From Eledone cirrhosa (taxonomy: Eukaryota): a stretch of DNA of 64,000 nt. Below, in pieces: positions 16,065 through 29,875 of this stretch (position 1 is its first letter; each line of letters opens with the position of its first letter). The notes beneath the pieces are model-generated. The model was not told the DNA's origin, searched no databases, and saw only the letters and a list, made by a program, of their open reading frames with translations. The position numbers and the translations under genes were made by a program. The stretch lies in the NCBI GenBank assembly GCA_964016885.1, contig OZ024742.1:50344001-50408000 (forward strand), in the 5' to 3' direction.

Positions 16065-19000
16065 AATATATATATATATATATACACAAATATATATACA
16101 CACATACTCACATACTCACGCACGCAGACACATATATATATAGTGTATATGCTTCACTAAATTACTGGTGAATTACAGTTTATATTTTCTAATTATCTCA
16201 CTGTTCGCAACAAACACTGTATTTTGGGTTGCAACACTAGTCTGAATGCAGATCGATATTGTAATGGAATCTATTATTTCTATTGGTGATCTTGAGCAAA
16301 TATTCTGAGAAACGCGTGTAACAGGTCGATATACAATAAAAACGTAAATATATTAAACCAAACATCAGCTTTTTATGTGTGTTTGTGTAGTATTATGTGT
16401 GTGTATGTATGTATATGTATATATATAAATATGTATATATATAAATATATGTATAAATAATGTAGATACATATATATATTTATATAGACACACACACATA
16501 ATCACACATGCACACCCACAGACATATACATATACGTGTGTGTGTGCGTGTGTGTGTGTTGTGACGTCTTGCGACACATAAAGAAAGTTACTAACTACTA
16601 CATCACTTGTGTCTACCTACATGATGTTCTATTTAGCCAAACGGGACATATCAGAAGCGAAAAGACAAATCTACGCTGACGACGCGATTCCGCCTAATTA
16701 CCTAATGTATACTAATATTAGCTAATTCCATTCAGACCACTGCCGGCAATTCAGAATCATGGAAACTGGTGCCTCGGTTTGAGTAACTCAATTTTTCTAC
16801 CCACAAGAACCCTACTTCCTCACAAGAATCAATGGCCATCAAATAAAACGTGTGTGTGTTGTTGTGCCTGAATTTTTGTTTGTATGAATATATATTTGCC
16901 AAGATACGTATAATTACATTTGACTTCAACGTTCAACCGAGAAATACTGATTATCTTTCATACAATCGAATATACAAACGTTAGTCGGGAGATATTAAGT
17001 GTGTAACGATATAAAATATTTCACATTAATATTATCAAGTTCTTATCTTCCGTGTATCCCGGCGTCTTCAAGCACCCATTGGAACAACATCTGGACATAC
17101 AAACTACTAGTTAAAAGCGAAATCGATGTTTTAAAGTGAGTATTAAATTCGCTTTTCTTTTTATATGTTCCCGTCATCTTGTATTAAAAATTGTTGGTCG
17201 GACCTAATGTTTTGGGCATGACTGTACTTCGGTATCTTAACCAGGAATTGGATAATCATTATCTATAGAATAACGTGCTAGAGAAGATCCCCACTGTGAC
17301 AAATATATCAATGAAATATTTTACGTTGACAATTTGATATAACTGGTCTCTTCAATTCAATGCAGTTTCGCTATCTAATACATTGTAACTCAAGAATGAG
17401 GTTTTGCTCTAATGATATACATCAATCATTATTGTCATGCACTATGGTTAAATCCTTATGATAGCTCTAGCAAATATCATATTACGAACAATACTGGCTT
17501 GTCATCTGGACACAGTTCCCATGTTTCCATAGTTATACATATTTCATTTTACTGGATTCTAACTTTTAAAATTTATTTTCTTTGATACTTATAATGACAT
17601 TCAGCAGGAATTGCCGAAACATAAGATCATAGTATCTATGAATCGTTTTCACTTGGCACGGAGACTTTGCAAGTGAAAATGTTGATCCATTTATTGTTAT
17701 ATCCATAACGGATTTTTCTGGAGTAATAAAAGCGTAATTCTAAGGAAATGACCACCTTTTCATAAATAGACGTGTGATCTATATAGTAATAGTTTGATTA
17801 TTGTAGAGAGGTCAAATGTTATAGTATCCTAATAATAAACGACGATTGATCCACAGTGATCCTAAAGACAAATGTACAGAATCATATATAGCCAAAGATT
17901 ATTCCTAAAATTTACAGCAGTTGATTAAAATAACAGGAGATGTTTTATAAATATGATGGCCGCCATAATTCTCTGTGAAACGCATACTATTGGATTGGAG
18001 GAAGTATATCTAACTCTTAGTTTTATATAATAGCATCACAATTCTCGTATTCCGCTTTGCTAAGATCTTCCTCGTATTCCTTTTGGGAGGCTACATACAG
18101 TCCGTGACAGATTCGGGCTTTGTGACTCGATAATCTGTAGATCAGAAGTAGTTCAAATATCGGTCACTTTCCGGTATGTTTTTTATTGACCTGGAGAGAT
18201 AGAAACAAATGGCATACTTGGTCACTGTAAAATCTTCTTACACACTGCTATCGGGATGGAGTTGAGAACTCGTAGGAGCAAGCGCCACGTGGCTCCACCC
18301 TCCTCCGGTGTAACGCTTTCTCCATTGTGTCCACTGGGGTGACTATATGGCTTGTGATTGGGCTACTGCACGGAAAATAGTGATCTTCCACATTGGCCGG
18401 GAACGTTTCCTTGGAGTATCGATGATAGGGAATTCTTTGTCATGCTTTACATTCCACTTCAGTTTCCATTTGATTCATATGATCTTTGTTCTATCATCCT
18501 ATACCAATATGTGTAAGCATTCTAATAGTGAAACTACAAACAAATTATGTATTTACATTTAGAAACACGTCATACTTAATCAAATGTAATATTTATATTA
18601 TTAAATCTGGCAGAATAATTATGAATGCTGGAGATTCATTAACGAGATCAAATTAGTCTTTCTTCCTTTCTAGGGCGGTGGCATACATTTCCAGTGAAGA
18701 ACTAAGGATAGTGTAATTGATTTTCCCCTCCATATTATTGCTGCCCTTGTGCCTAAGTTATACATCCTTATTCTCATTAATACAACTGTTATGTTGGCAT
18801 GCAGGCTTGAACCGATTACTTATTTAATTTTTATTTTGTCTGAAGATAACAACGATTTTAAAATATAAATTTAATAGAGAAAAATAAGATATATAGCTTG
18901 TAAGTGGATGAACTGTGCATATTTTGCCATTTAAAGTTGGTTTCGGCGTGTCCAAATTATCGTAGATTAAAATAATTCGGCAATGGCCACCAAATATTCA

Positions 19001-19099
19001 TTATAAATTAAAAAAGAATATGTTTTCCCCATAAAACTTGAATTATGTTTTTAATTTTGAAAATGCTTGAAGACAATCAGTATTGTTAAATATTTTCTA

Positions 19100-19230
19100 A
19101 CACGGCCACAAGGCCCAAAACTGGAGTAGGGGGAGACAATAGATTATATTGATGCTACTATTGAATTGATACTTAATTCTATTGACCACAAAAGGATGAA
19201 TGGTAATGTTGACTGCAGTGAAATTTGAAA
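19100..19230 (-). mobile_element. Decayed SINE fragment (same family as 38890-38972)
   Basis: ttctattgaccacaaaaggatgaatggtaatgttgac resembles ttttatcgaccccgtaaggatgaaaggcaaagttaac. Confidence 0.55.
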
Positions 19231-20394
19231 TGTGTTTGTTAAATAATTTGCTATAATCACTACATGTCAAAAATACATGAGGGAATCTGAACCATCTAAT
19301 ATGACTTCAGTATTATTCTTAGTGTTAGCATAAAAGTCAAATAAAGATATTAATGGTTGAATTATTGCTAATGCATAACACTTTTATATTTTACCAAATA
19401 TATGAATATTTTATCAAACATTTGAATATTAAATTAGACAATGATAAAACATTGATATGGCATCGTAATTAAACAAAAATATGACACACTAGTTATAATA
19501 GTAAATATTTTCTAATGTTGCTTACTGCTCAGTTAGCAAATCATAGATGGATTTCCATTTCCATAAGGCAACCGCTTTACATTCATTATTATGGGTATAG
19601 ATTTTTAATGAGAATCAAACGTAAGACAACTAACCATATTTAATTAAGACAGTTGGATACGTTATCGAATACATAAAATTGAAATTAATGTACAAAATAT
19701 CAAATCAAATACGATATTCCAATTGCGCATATGTTTAAAACAATACATTTTTATAGCGGCTGGCAGAACTTAATATTTCACAAACTTCTAGCAGTATCGA
19801 AAAGGAAATTAAATGTAATAATTATTTAAGGAAATATGATAATTCAGTAATTAATATTGATAAGATGGTAATCTGGCTTAGTTAGCATATAGATGTTATA
19901 AAATGATGTAGATTTAAAGATTCCCTTCTTGCCGTTTATCTGCAAAATATAATAAAAAAAGATTCGGCAGGTGCGCTATGTAGACCTTTATTTACATGCT
20001 CGTTAAAGACCCATTAAGGGAAAGTTAATTGACTTCAGCAAATGGAGAATATAAATGAATTCTAATGAAATCGTAATGTTCAGATGGTATATGTAATAGG
20101 TATGCAAGATGCTATGCGCATAAATGACGCACATAAAATATTAGGCTGACGTCACTATAAAACCCTTTATAGGTGACGAGAGTTATGTGAATTTCATTGT
20201 TCAGCCGAGCAAAACAAATTGACATAATATACATACACACTCACACAAATATTCTTTCTCTCTCTCTCTCACCCACACACATATATATATGTGTGTGTGT
20301 GTGTATGTGTGTGTACATGTGTGTGTGTATCCCGCGTTCAATCGGGGGTAATCAAAGTAAGTAAGGTACTCAATATATAGCGGAGTATAAATAT

Positions 20395-20503
20395 TTAATA
20401 TAAAAATGGCTTCTACAGGACTAGATCTGTTTCATTCTAAGGAAATCATTAGGATGATTTCCTTCAAATGAAAGTTATAGTCCTGTAGGAGCCATTTCTA
20501 TAT

Positions 20504-20575
<72 letters not shown>

Positions 20576-20600
20576 ATATAGAAATGGCTCCTACAGGAGT
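20395..20600. repeat. Short fold-back insertion of putative PLE pLTR end, related to 62030-62100
   Basis: atggcttctacaggactag...gtcctgtaggagccat inverted arms; decayed CT(A/G)ATGA tttc..gaat GAAA motif on the minus strand. Confidence 0.6.
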
Positions 20601-20999
20601 GTATTGTGTGTGTGTGGGTCCAAGAAGTTAGGTTGTGTTCTAAATTTTGGAAGATCATTCATTGTCTATATCATGACAAAAACGCTTCGCTCCATATAAT
20701 GCGGACAACATATTAGTTATTAGAGCTAACCAGTACGAAAATGTGTGTGCTATATGTATATAAATCTGGATTTGAGGACATTTTGAATTACATTTACATG
20801 TTATCTGCGCTATCTAATACGGTGAAAAGATTGTGTTGTATATTTACAGCTTAGCACATTTAAAAAGAAAGTTGTATAATAATTTAAAGATGTATCTGAT
20901 TCAAGCAGATCCAGTACATAAAATCGCTAAGCTTCAAAAGTTCAGATTACTATTTCTACACTAATTGTCTAGCAAAAATAATTTCTACTTCTGGTAAGA

Positions 21000-21200
21000 A
21001 GTAGCTGCTGTTGCTCGGTGAAACACTGGGAGCTGTTAGTATATGGTTGGATGCATGGCTTGAGAAGTTAGGAATTACCATAAGGACAGGGTTGTTGATG
21101 AAAAAACACCCTTGCTGGGAACAGCGAGAATTCTAAGAAGGATGTTGGAAATTTTGAGAAGAAATGACACAAAACCATTTGGCCATTAACTATGGCTCGC
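21000..21200 (+). mobile_element. 3' end of an R4/Dong-like (RLE) LINE
   Basis: Translates to LGAVSIWLDAWLEKLGITIRTGLL...LLGTARILRRMLE, a typical R4-clade C-terminus. Confidence 0.7.
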
Positions 21201-21264
21201 TATTTTGGTATAGTTTAGATTTTATGTCGGACATTCAATGCCCCCCCCCCCCACCCGCTAGCAC

Positions 21265-22715
21265 TGTTAATCGAGGGATTTCTGGAAGGTATCCATCGTC
21301 CCCGGAGCCAAGTTCCCCCGGGACAGACTGATCAGTTCGACTTCGTCGACGCCCTGAGCTTCTCCGCCTACCATTAATCCTCTATAGAACTCGAGATTGG
21401 AAGTTCCAGTTACCGCACATGGCAACTTTCCAGATACCAGGCGCTCAGTCTCGGATACTTGCAGGGCCAATACTGCAGCTCAGTCAAAGAGACGAGCTGA
21501 GAAAATGCCTGTTCCACACATGTTCACCGATTAAGCAGAATATCTGGAGATGCCGCAGCCTCAGAGCGATTTTGTGCATCATTGGCCACGGCATGCCCTC
21601 GGCTTAGATAATGCTGGCAGCAGATGGACCACCTTATCATGGGAACCTGTTCTCTCCACAAGCGAGACACGATTGGGATCAAGTTACGGCAGCCAGAAGG
21701 TAACAGATGACGGAAGCAATGTACGCATTTGCCACCTCCGTCCGACTTTTCAGAGATAGCTTCCCCTCGGCCCATTTCTTGGTGACGTTTGGTACGAACC
21801 ACACCCCGAACAACTTTACCGTCCGTCCACCCAACGCCCAACAACGCTTTTGAAGGGCATGGAATTGTCTCTCCTGGTACTGAACTGCAAGTTCGCCGAC
21901 GTTTTCGTGTTTAATTTTACTCCTGTCAATCTTTCCTATTTCTTTTAATAAGGTGTCGATGAAGTCAATTTCTGTGGTCTCTGACACCCTAACGGTGATG
22001 TCGTTCACATATTCGGAAACAACCATTCCACATCACGGTTCGGGTGGAATGTTATGTACCAGATTCATCTTCCACAGCAAAGGCTCGAGAGTCAATAAGT
22101 ACAGAAGGGATGGGAGAGGGCACCCGTGTTGATTGTATTGCGTCATCTGAAATGATACCGAAAGGTGGCCATTTATTTTGAAACACTGCAGAGATTTCAC
22201 TGTGCAACCTTTGAAACTGCTACCGACAGCAATTGCCTCGAGGACAGCCTCTGGTTATCTATGCTCGACCTATCAGTAGTTTCCGATTGATCTAAATTAT
22301 TCAGAGACCTACCGAACCTAGGTTTATACCCTACCCCCTCTATGATGTATTACATGATGTGTAGTTTATTGTGTATGGGCCTGGTCGCGATTACGCATTA
22401 TTGTGGCTCAGCTGCCAACCCTCAACGTCAAGCGCCAAACTCTTCACTAACGCCTTGGGCGAAATCTTAAATTCTGTGTTTAGATGAGTTATGAGCCTGA
22501 AATTGTCTGAGGTATCACTCTTCTTCTTGTCTTTCCTCATCAGCATTACTACACATCGGCTTACGACACTGGGAATGCTCCGGTGTTGCTACCTGTTGCA
22601 GTAGTCCACTTAACGAAAACCAGAAAACATGTCTGACATTTCTATGTACAACTCATATGGATGACAATGCTAACTGATTGAGTTGCACCATGTGCAACCG
22701 ACCAGAGCATCCCGA
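21265..22715 (-). mobile_element. Decayed L1/Tx1-like RT fragment
   Basis: ITHLNTEFKI, RPIHNKLHIM, QHGCPLPSLLYLLTLEPLL, VSEYVNDITV; many stops; homologous to 1-938. Confidence 0.85.
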
Positions 22716-22839
22716 ATGTGTGTAAAATACATGATAAAATACATGAATACTGGAATTAAAATACAAGAATTAAAATACATGAATACTGCCAGTACTGGAA
22801 TTGAATCATCAAGACAGTTGAGGTACATCAATTCATGTA

Positions 22840-22900
22840 TTTTATCTGACTAGGAAGTACTGAAAACACAGCACAGTACCTTCGAAATATATATAATAAA
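22840..22900 (+). ncRNA. Decayed hammerhead motif (related copy ~23965-24030 -)
   Basis: ttttat CTGACTA ggaagtactg..cagtaccttc GAAA tatata TA ataaaa; G8 is mutated here and A9 in the other copy. Confidence 0.55.
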
Positions 22901-23043
22901 ACATATATTTTGATTATGTGACGTCTTCATTTATTAATATTTTGAATAATATTTATAACTCCAGAAAACTTCAATGTAGAGTACTTTTAATCTATTGTTA
23001 ATCTATATTCATTGAGTAATCAATGAACCATATTTATCTTTGG

Positions 23044-23077
<34 letters not shown>

Positions 23078-23081
<4 letters not shown>

Positions 23082-23863
23082 AAAAAGAGATGAAATCGAA
23101 AATGCAACTGGAGTCTTATTTAAAAAAAATATATATATATTTATTTGGTTCCTTTACCGGTTTCGCAGTTCTTCTGCTTTTCAAAAGGTGAGTTGAGATG
23201 GAGGGTCTGTGGTTTTTCTCACATCTGGTTGGTCTCTGAATATTACTTGTTTTATATGGAAAAAGTGGCTCGAAATGCCAGGTTTTTCGAGAAGTAATTT
23301 GATTGGTTTGTCAATAATTATAATAAATTTCGCGCCAGTTCGCGTTACAATAATTCTTCAAATAAGAGGGTGGGGGGTTGTCACAGGTTGTTTTTTTCAT
23401 ATATGAGTGTTTGAATTTCTTTTTACTTGAAAAAAGCAGGCTCACGAAGGCTTTTTGTTTTTGGTTGGTTATAAATGAAATTATGGCTGTCACGTGAACA
23501 AATTTTCATTAAATTTTTGTGCCCAAGAACTATTGTAACGCGAACTGGCGCGAAATTTATTATAATTATTGACAAACCAATCAAATTACTTCTCGAAAAA
23601 CCTGGCATTTCGAGCCACTTTTTCCATATAAAACAAGTAACATTCAGAGACCAACCAGATGTGAGAAAAACCACAGACCCTCCATCTCAACTCACCTTTT
23701 GAAAAGCAGAAGAACTGCGAAACCGGTAAAGAAACCAAATAAATATATATATTTTAAAAAAAAATAAGAATCCAGTTGCATTTTCGATTTCATCTCTTTT
23801 TCTTTATACTTTCACTCGTGTAGGACACCACGGTTATTTTTCATTTTATAAAAAAAAGCTCAC

Positions 23864-23870
<7 letters not shown>
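23078..23870. mobile_element. Fold-back PLE-type terminal insertion in (TA)n; related copies at 43215-43312 and 55405-55750
   Basis: Arms ~23078-23350 / ~23531-23805 are near-perfect reverse complements; each carries a HHR. Confidence 0.85.
23151..23188 (-). ncRNA. Minimal hammerhead, U3-A8 variant (mirror 23695-23732 +; also 55647-55684 +)
   Basis: cctt TTGAAAA gcag-aagaa-ctgc GAAA ccgg TA aagg. Confidence 0.8.
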
Positions 23871-23916
<46 letters not shown>

Positions 23917-24949
23917 TATTAATTCAAAATATTAACAAAATAGGTGTTATTGTGATCAAATTATATTTTATTATACATATTTCAGAGGTACTGAGTTAAG
24001 TTCAACAGTACGTCCACATCAGATAAAATAAAATGATACATGAAATACCCTGACATGGTAAATGGTTAAGATTCAAACAAGGTAGTCATTAGCTTATGAC
24101 AAAACACAATATTTATACCCTAATATTGAGAACATGAGATAACGTAATACAAACAATAGAGAGGGTGCGCATAATAGATTTTAAGAAATAAATGGCATCA
24201 ATATAACAGTTATAACATTTTTAATTTTTAAAAACTACTAGAGAAAGAGCAGGGAAAAGAAAGCATAGAGGAAGAAAATATTTAGTATGTGGCTTGAGAA
24301 GACAGATGAAAGGTGATTAAAGAGAGAGAGAGAGACAAAGGGGAGTAATTTATGTTCAAGTTTCTATACACACAGATTTCTATATAATATAGTTGGCAGT
24401 TAATTTTCAAAATATTTAATTTATGTTATTTCAGGTTAAAGAATCATGTTTTATGTTTTAAAAGTTAATAGGTATTTGTATTAATATTATAATATAATTA
24501 TGTTAAATTTCTAAAATTCAAATTTTATGAAAACAAATATATATATATAATGTTTTATATCCCCACGAAGGTAATCTTTACCAAAATTACTTATAATATT
24601 GACAACAGTTTCTATAATATAATTTATAAGATGATTATACTTATAATTATTAAATAATTTATTGTTAAATAGTTTGAGTGCCTAAAGTATCAACTGGCCT
24701 TATAATTAAACTTAAAGAAGTCAGAATGTTCAACTATATATATGTATTGATCATAAAATACCAAGATTATAATTTATTATTTGTTCATAGTTGAGGTGAT
24801 ACCTTTCAAATATAAATAATATATTATTATATTACTATAATGCAATATTGCAATATAGTAAATAATTTCCTGAAGATATTGCTCAAAAATATATATAGTT
24901 AAAAATGTTGTCAGGGTATGTCATGTATCATTTTATTTCATCATATATA

Positions 24950-26192
24950 TATGGGATAACAAATTATCGTCATAGGTAATCCAGTTAGAGATTGTGAGTA
25001 CTCCGTATTGCGGATAGTTTTAACTCAACAAGAGGTTTACTTAGTTAGGTGGCGAGTTCTCGGGAATTCCTATTCAGGTTAATCTTGGTGTAATAATAGT
25101 GAAAGTGTGAAGAATAACATGGTCAACAGTACAAAAAGGGTTTTATTTACAGTATTAACAATTGTTTCATTGATTAGTGTGTCTAAAAATTGCTAATCAC
25201 TTGAAGTTGTGTCAATGAATGTTAAATACAGGTATGCCTAATCAAATCATCGCAACAACTGATTAAAATTATACATGGCGTTTGTATTTTACTAGGAACA
25301 TTCAAAACACATCAGTAATAAAGAAAGAAAAAGAAAAAAGAAAACGAAAAAGAGAGGGAGAAAAGAAAGGAAAAAAGATAATTGATAAATAAATAATAAT
25401 AAATACGTTAGAATGAAGACTATTAAAAATCTGTAAAAAATATATATATGTGTGAAAAAGTAAACATAATATGATTGTTGAAAATAGTTGTGGTGGTGGT
25501 GCTGGTAGTGGTTGAAGATATAGTGGTGTGTAAGTATAAAGATGTGATGGTATTAATATGAATATATTAAATATATACATATGTATTGGTTAAATTACAG
25601 AGGGTTCTATGAAGAAATAACATAGTGATAAATAAAGGATAAATTAATAAATTGGAAGTTATGTGAGAGGTGAAGAGAACATGATATGATATAGTGGAGT
25701 GGTGAAATAGTTTTAGGGAAAGAGAGTGAAAGAAAGAAAGGTTAGGAGGTTATGGTGTTGATTCAACACCACCACCACCACCACCACAACTATTTTCAAC
25801 AATCATATTATGTTCACATTTTTTCATACATATATATTTTTTAACTTAATTTTATCATCTTCATTCTAACTTATTTATTATTATTTATTCAATATTTTAT
25901 ATCATTTTTCTTTTGTCCTTTTTCTTTTTCCCTCTCTTTTTCTTTTTCCTTTTTTTTCTTTTCTTTCTTTATTACTGATGTTGTGATTTGAATTTTCCTA
26001 GTATATGACAAACGCCGTATATAATTTTAATCAGTTATTCCGATGATTTGATTAGGCATACATGTATATATAATTGTGTGACACAACTTCAAGTGATTAG
26101 CAATTTTTAGACACCCTAATCAATGAAACACTTTTTAATACTCTAAATAAAACCCTTCTTGTACTGTTGACCATGTTATTCTTCACTCTTTC

Positions 26193-26195
<3 letters not shown>
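24950..26195. mobile_element. Diverged fold-back pLTR insertion with long-stem-II hammerhead relic (26032-26142 +, mirror ~25150-25261 -)
   Basis: Arms ~25100-25500 / ~25770-26195; composite of both arms: cagttatt CCGATGA tttgattagg..cctaatcaat GAAA caattg TT aatactg. Confidence 0.7.
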
Positions 26196-26275
<80 letters not shown>

Positions 26276-26670
26276 AGAGAGTGTAACTTCGAGTTACTAT
26301 AGGTTCCCTCGGGTGAGCACTCGAAGTTTAGGTTCACTTCAGTGTCGAGGTGTAGAGCTATACAGAATGTATTATAGTGAAATAAAATGACATTGACGAT
26401 TGGTTACTCCTTCATTACGTTTATTGTTTGGTGACGCGCGTTTCGCCACTGATCAGCTCAAGGTTCGATCTGTATCAATCTGTATCGATCTAATCCGACT
26501 CTGCAATCGGAGACTTGCCAGTACCCTTGTAATGGCAATTACGTAATGAAGGAGTAACTTTCCTTGTTATTATATTTCAGTATATATAATTACAGTAGTG
26601 ACATAATTAGGTACGCAACTTTCGTTGCGTTCTGGGCCATAACTCATTCAGCCTGTCATGACCCCCCCCA

Positions 26671-26752
<82 letters not shown>

Positions 26753-26839
26753 ATAATAATAAGTTTGAAAACTAAAATCCAAAGTGGGCTCGATAAGGAT
26801 AAATATATATCAAATATATAAGAACCGTAGAGCAAATAT

Positions 26840-27054
26840 TTATTAAAATAACAGATTAAAGTTTAAGCAAAGAATCGCTGCTTTCACCCTTAACGGATCT
26901 TCTGAAACCTGCATCATTTAACTTGGGAAGCATATATACTAAAGGTATCACCATCGGCATGTAGTTGCCAGAAAAATGTGTAAAATGAGTTTCAGAAGAT
27001 CCCGTTAAGTGTGAAAGCAGCGATTCTTTTCTTAAACTTTAATCTGTTATTTTA

Positions 27055-27060
<6 letters not shown>
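26840..27060. repeat. Short fold-back between (TA)n tracts; related fragment at 29085-29140
   Basis: tttattaaaataacagattaaagtttaag...cttaaactttaatctgttattttaataaa inverted arms. Confidence 0.8.
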
Positions 27061-27106
<46 letters not shown>

Positions 27107-28017
27107 AAAATATAGAGAAAAAGAAAAAAAAAGATATGTATGAAAATATATATATATTTTCATACATATCTTTTTTTCTTTTTCTCCATATTTTCTTTTT
27201 GTGTGTGCCGTAATTATTTTATTGATTAAATTATTGTGCAATACGGCCCTGATGATGTCTCCAGGATCGTATGTTACCAGGCGATTGAAATATATATAGT
27301 GTTTTTGCAAAAATAAATCTTTAAATAAACATGCTATTTTAATCAAACTAATATTTAATTCTGTTCCTGCACCAACAAAAGGATTCTACATCAAAGATGG
27401 ATGAGTTGTGTAACGTAGAGTGCTTTTCCTCTTAATAGATTATGGTTAACTAAACCTGTTCTATTCAGTAGCGAACCACTACTCATAAAGAAATACACAC
27501 ATACACACACACACACACACACATATATACATATATATTGTGAGAGAAAATAGGTGACAAAAAAACCTGCATCATTTCCCTTGGGGAAGCATATATACTA
27601 AAGGTATCACCATCGGCATGTAGTTGCCAGAAAAATGTGTAAACTGGCGAATAACTGGACTAGAGTAGATATATTACAAATCTTTCGCCTCTGGGGTCCT
27701 TTAACAGCATTCATTCTTTCATTTAGTAATCTATGTTTTTCACCTTGTATATGTTGGCATCAATTGATGTAGCTGTTGCTTTCTCTCCGTATAATTTACA
27801 TTAACTTGGCTAGGTTTCCGTTTAGTAAATATCTCGAAACATATGTAAAACCGCAAGACATTCCTCTGCCTGATGGACAGCAATTAGCATTTTCTGCTTA
27901 CTCGGTCTGTCTATCACACACACATACACCTAAACACACTGTTGTATATATATATGCATACATACATACATACCTACATACATGCATATATATATTTCCT
28001 TCAAAGTTGTATGTATG

Positions 28018-28059
<42 letters not shown>

Positions 28060-28349
28060 TATACAATATATATATACAACATATATACGTATATAAATAA
28101 AGGATGGAAGAAACACAATTTTGAAGGAAATAGTTTTTTTAAGAATGTGTGTGGTGAAACTCCATGTGAAGCTATTTGAAATGCATTCATTTCTTTTTCT
28201 TGCTTATTTTTATGATGGTTGGTTCCTAGCCAATCAAAACGATGAATACCCCACCTAGTGAAATTAACGTAGATGCTTCGAAATAACTGATTTATGGAAG
28301 GGGGCGAAGTGGCAAAATTGTAATAGCCGATGATTAAATATATGTGGTT

Positions 28350-28810
28350 ATATGGACTGGCTCAGTGGGCTTTGCGTTCAAATCCTACTGAGATAAATGT
28401 TGCCTTGCATCATTTTGTGATCAACAAAGCAATAATTACTCCAGCGCTGGATTCGATTCTATCCCGCTTTCTCTCAGTTTCCGACCTCTCACTCTTGCCC
28501 TGATTATCTTACATTTTCATGGAGAAGGGGAATGGCATAGCTAGATTTATATTGGCCAAGATACGTCATGTTTCATAATGGCATCCTAAGTGTGTGACAG
28601 CTCACACCTATGCAGGTTTAGCTGGCCTCCTCCAATGTATAACCTGTTGGAGGTATCTAGGGTGATTTAATGATAGGGACTCCAGTCCTATCATCTCATA
28701 TCTACAGGTGAGTAAACTGGAGCAACGTGAAATAATGTCGGAGAATTGAACTCACAAATTTTCAATTGCAAGCCCAATGCTCTAAACACTAAACCATGCG
28801 TCTTCATCCT
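28350..28810. mobile_element. Decayed tRNA-derived SINE fragments (28355-28470 +; 28700-28806 -)
   Basis: tggctcagtgg..gttcaaatcc A/B-box-like motifs on +; tggtttagtgtttagagca..gagttcaattctcc on -. Confidence 0.55.
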
Positions 28811-28880
28811 AAGGCACCAGCATAAATAAAGCCTACTTTTATTCTGCCATCGAAATATCTGCCTGTATTTCCATAGTATG

Positions 28881-29009
<129 letters not shown>

Positions 29010-29163
29010 CACTGGTAGGTTATATCCGTCCGTAGTAGTAGAGCACTCAGTCCATAGGACGATATATATATATATGTATATATTAAAATACCAGATTAAA
29101 GTCTAAGCAAAGAATCGCTGCTTTCACCCTTTAGTCTTCACATTTATTAGTATTGCTATATAT

Positions 29164-29243
<80 letters not shown>

Positions 29244-29251
<8 letters not shown>

Positions 29252-29786
29252 ATACTTTGGGAGGGTCATGTTGCCAATAAGAAACACACGCACCAGTCGC
29301 TTTCACTTCAATTTATTATATATTTATAAATTTACAAATTGACAAATCCACAAACCTATAAATTTATAAATTTCTGGGTGGTTGGTTGGTTCCACAACCA
29401 GATAGTTGTTTATATATAGTCATAGTCATTTCGTCACACACTCTGTGACCTCTTCAGTGACTGGGGATTCCTTTCTTTGTTTCTGTGCCTTTCCTTTCTT
29501 CTATCCTACGCCATTTTGGCGTAGGACAGAAGAAAGGAAAGGCACAGAAACAAAGAAAGGAATCCCCAGTCACTGAAGAGGTCACAGAGTGTGTGACGAA
29601 ATGACTATGACTATATATAAACAACTATCTGGTTGTGGAACCAACCAACCACCCAGAAATTTATAAATTTATAGGTTTGTGGATTTGTCAATTTGTAAAT
29701 TTATAAATATATAATAAATTGAAGTGAAAGCGACTGGTGCGTGTGTTTCTTATTGGCAACATGACCCTCCCAAAGTATAACAATAT
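29244..29786. mobile_element. Near-perfect ~540-bp palindrome with mirror hammerhead motifs (29568-29612 +, 29418-29462 -)
   Basis: Centre cctacgccattttggcgtagg at ~29515; agtca CTGAAGA g gtcac..gtgac GAAA tgac TA tgact; older relative at 59490-59850. Confidence 0.85.
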
Positions 29787-29875
29787 CGGTTTCAACACAC
29801 GATTTCAGATAAAGAATCTTGCTAAACAAATTCAGAAACGAAATATATATATATATTTATATATATATATATATA

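Noticed and set aside
16655-16690. GAAA...CTGACGA permuted hammerhead
   Set aside because: No stem I and no valid UH cleavage site
16700-18600. Possible decayed transposase or host exons in higher-complexity sequence
   Set aside because: Partial hand translations were stop-ridden with no motif I could support; needs tblastx or HMM search
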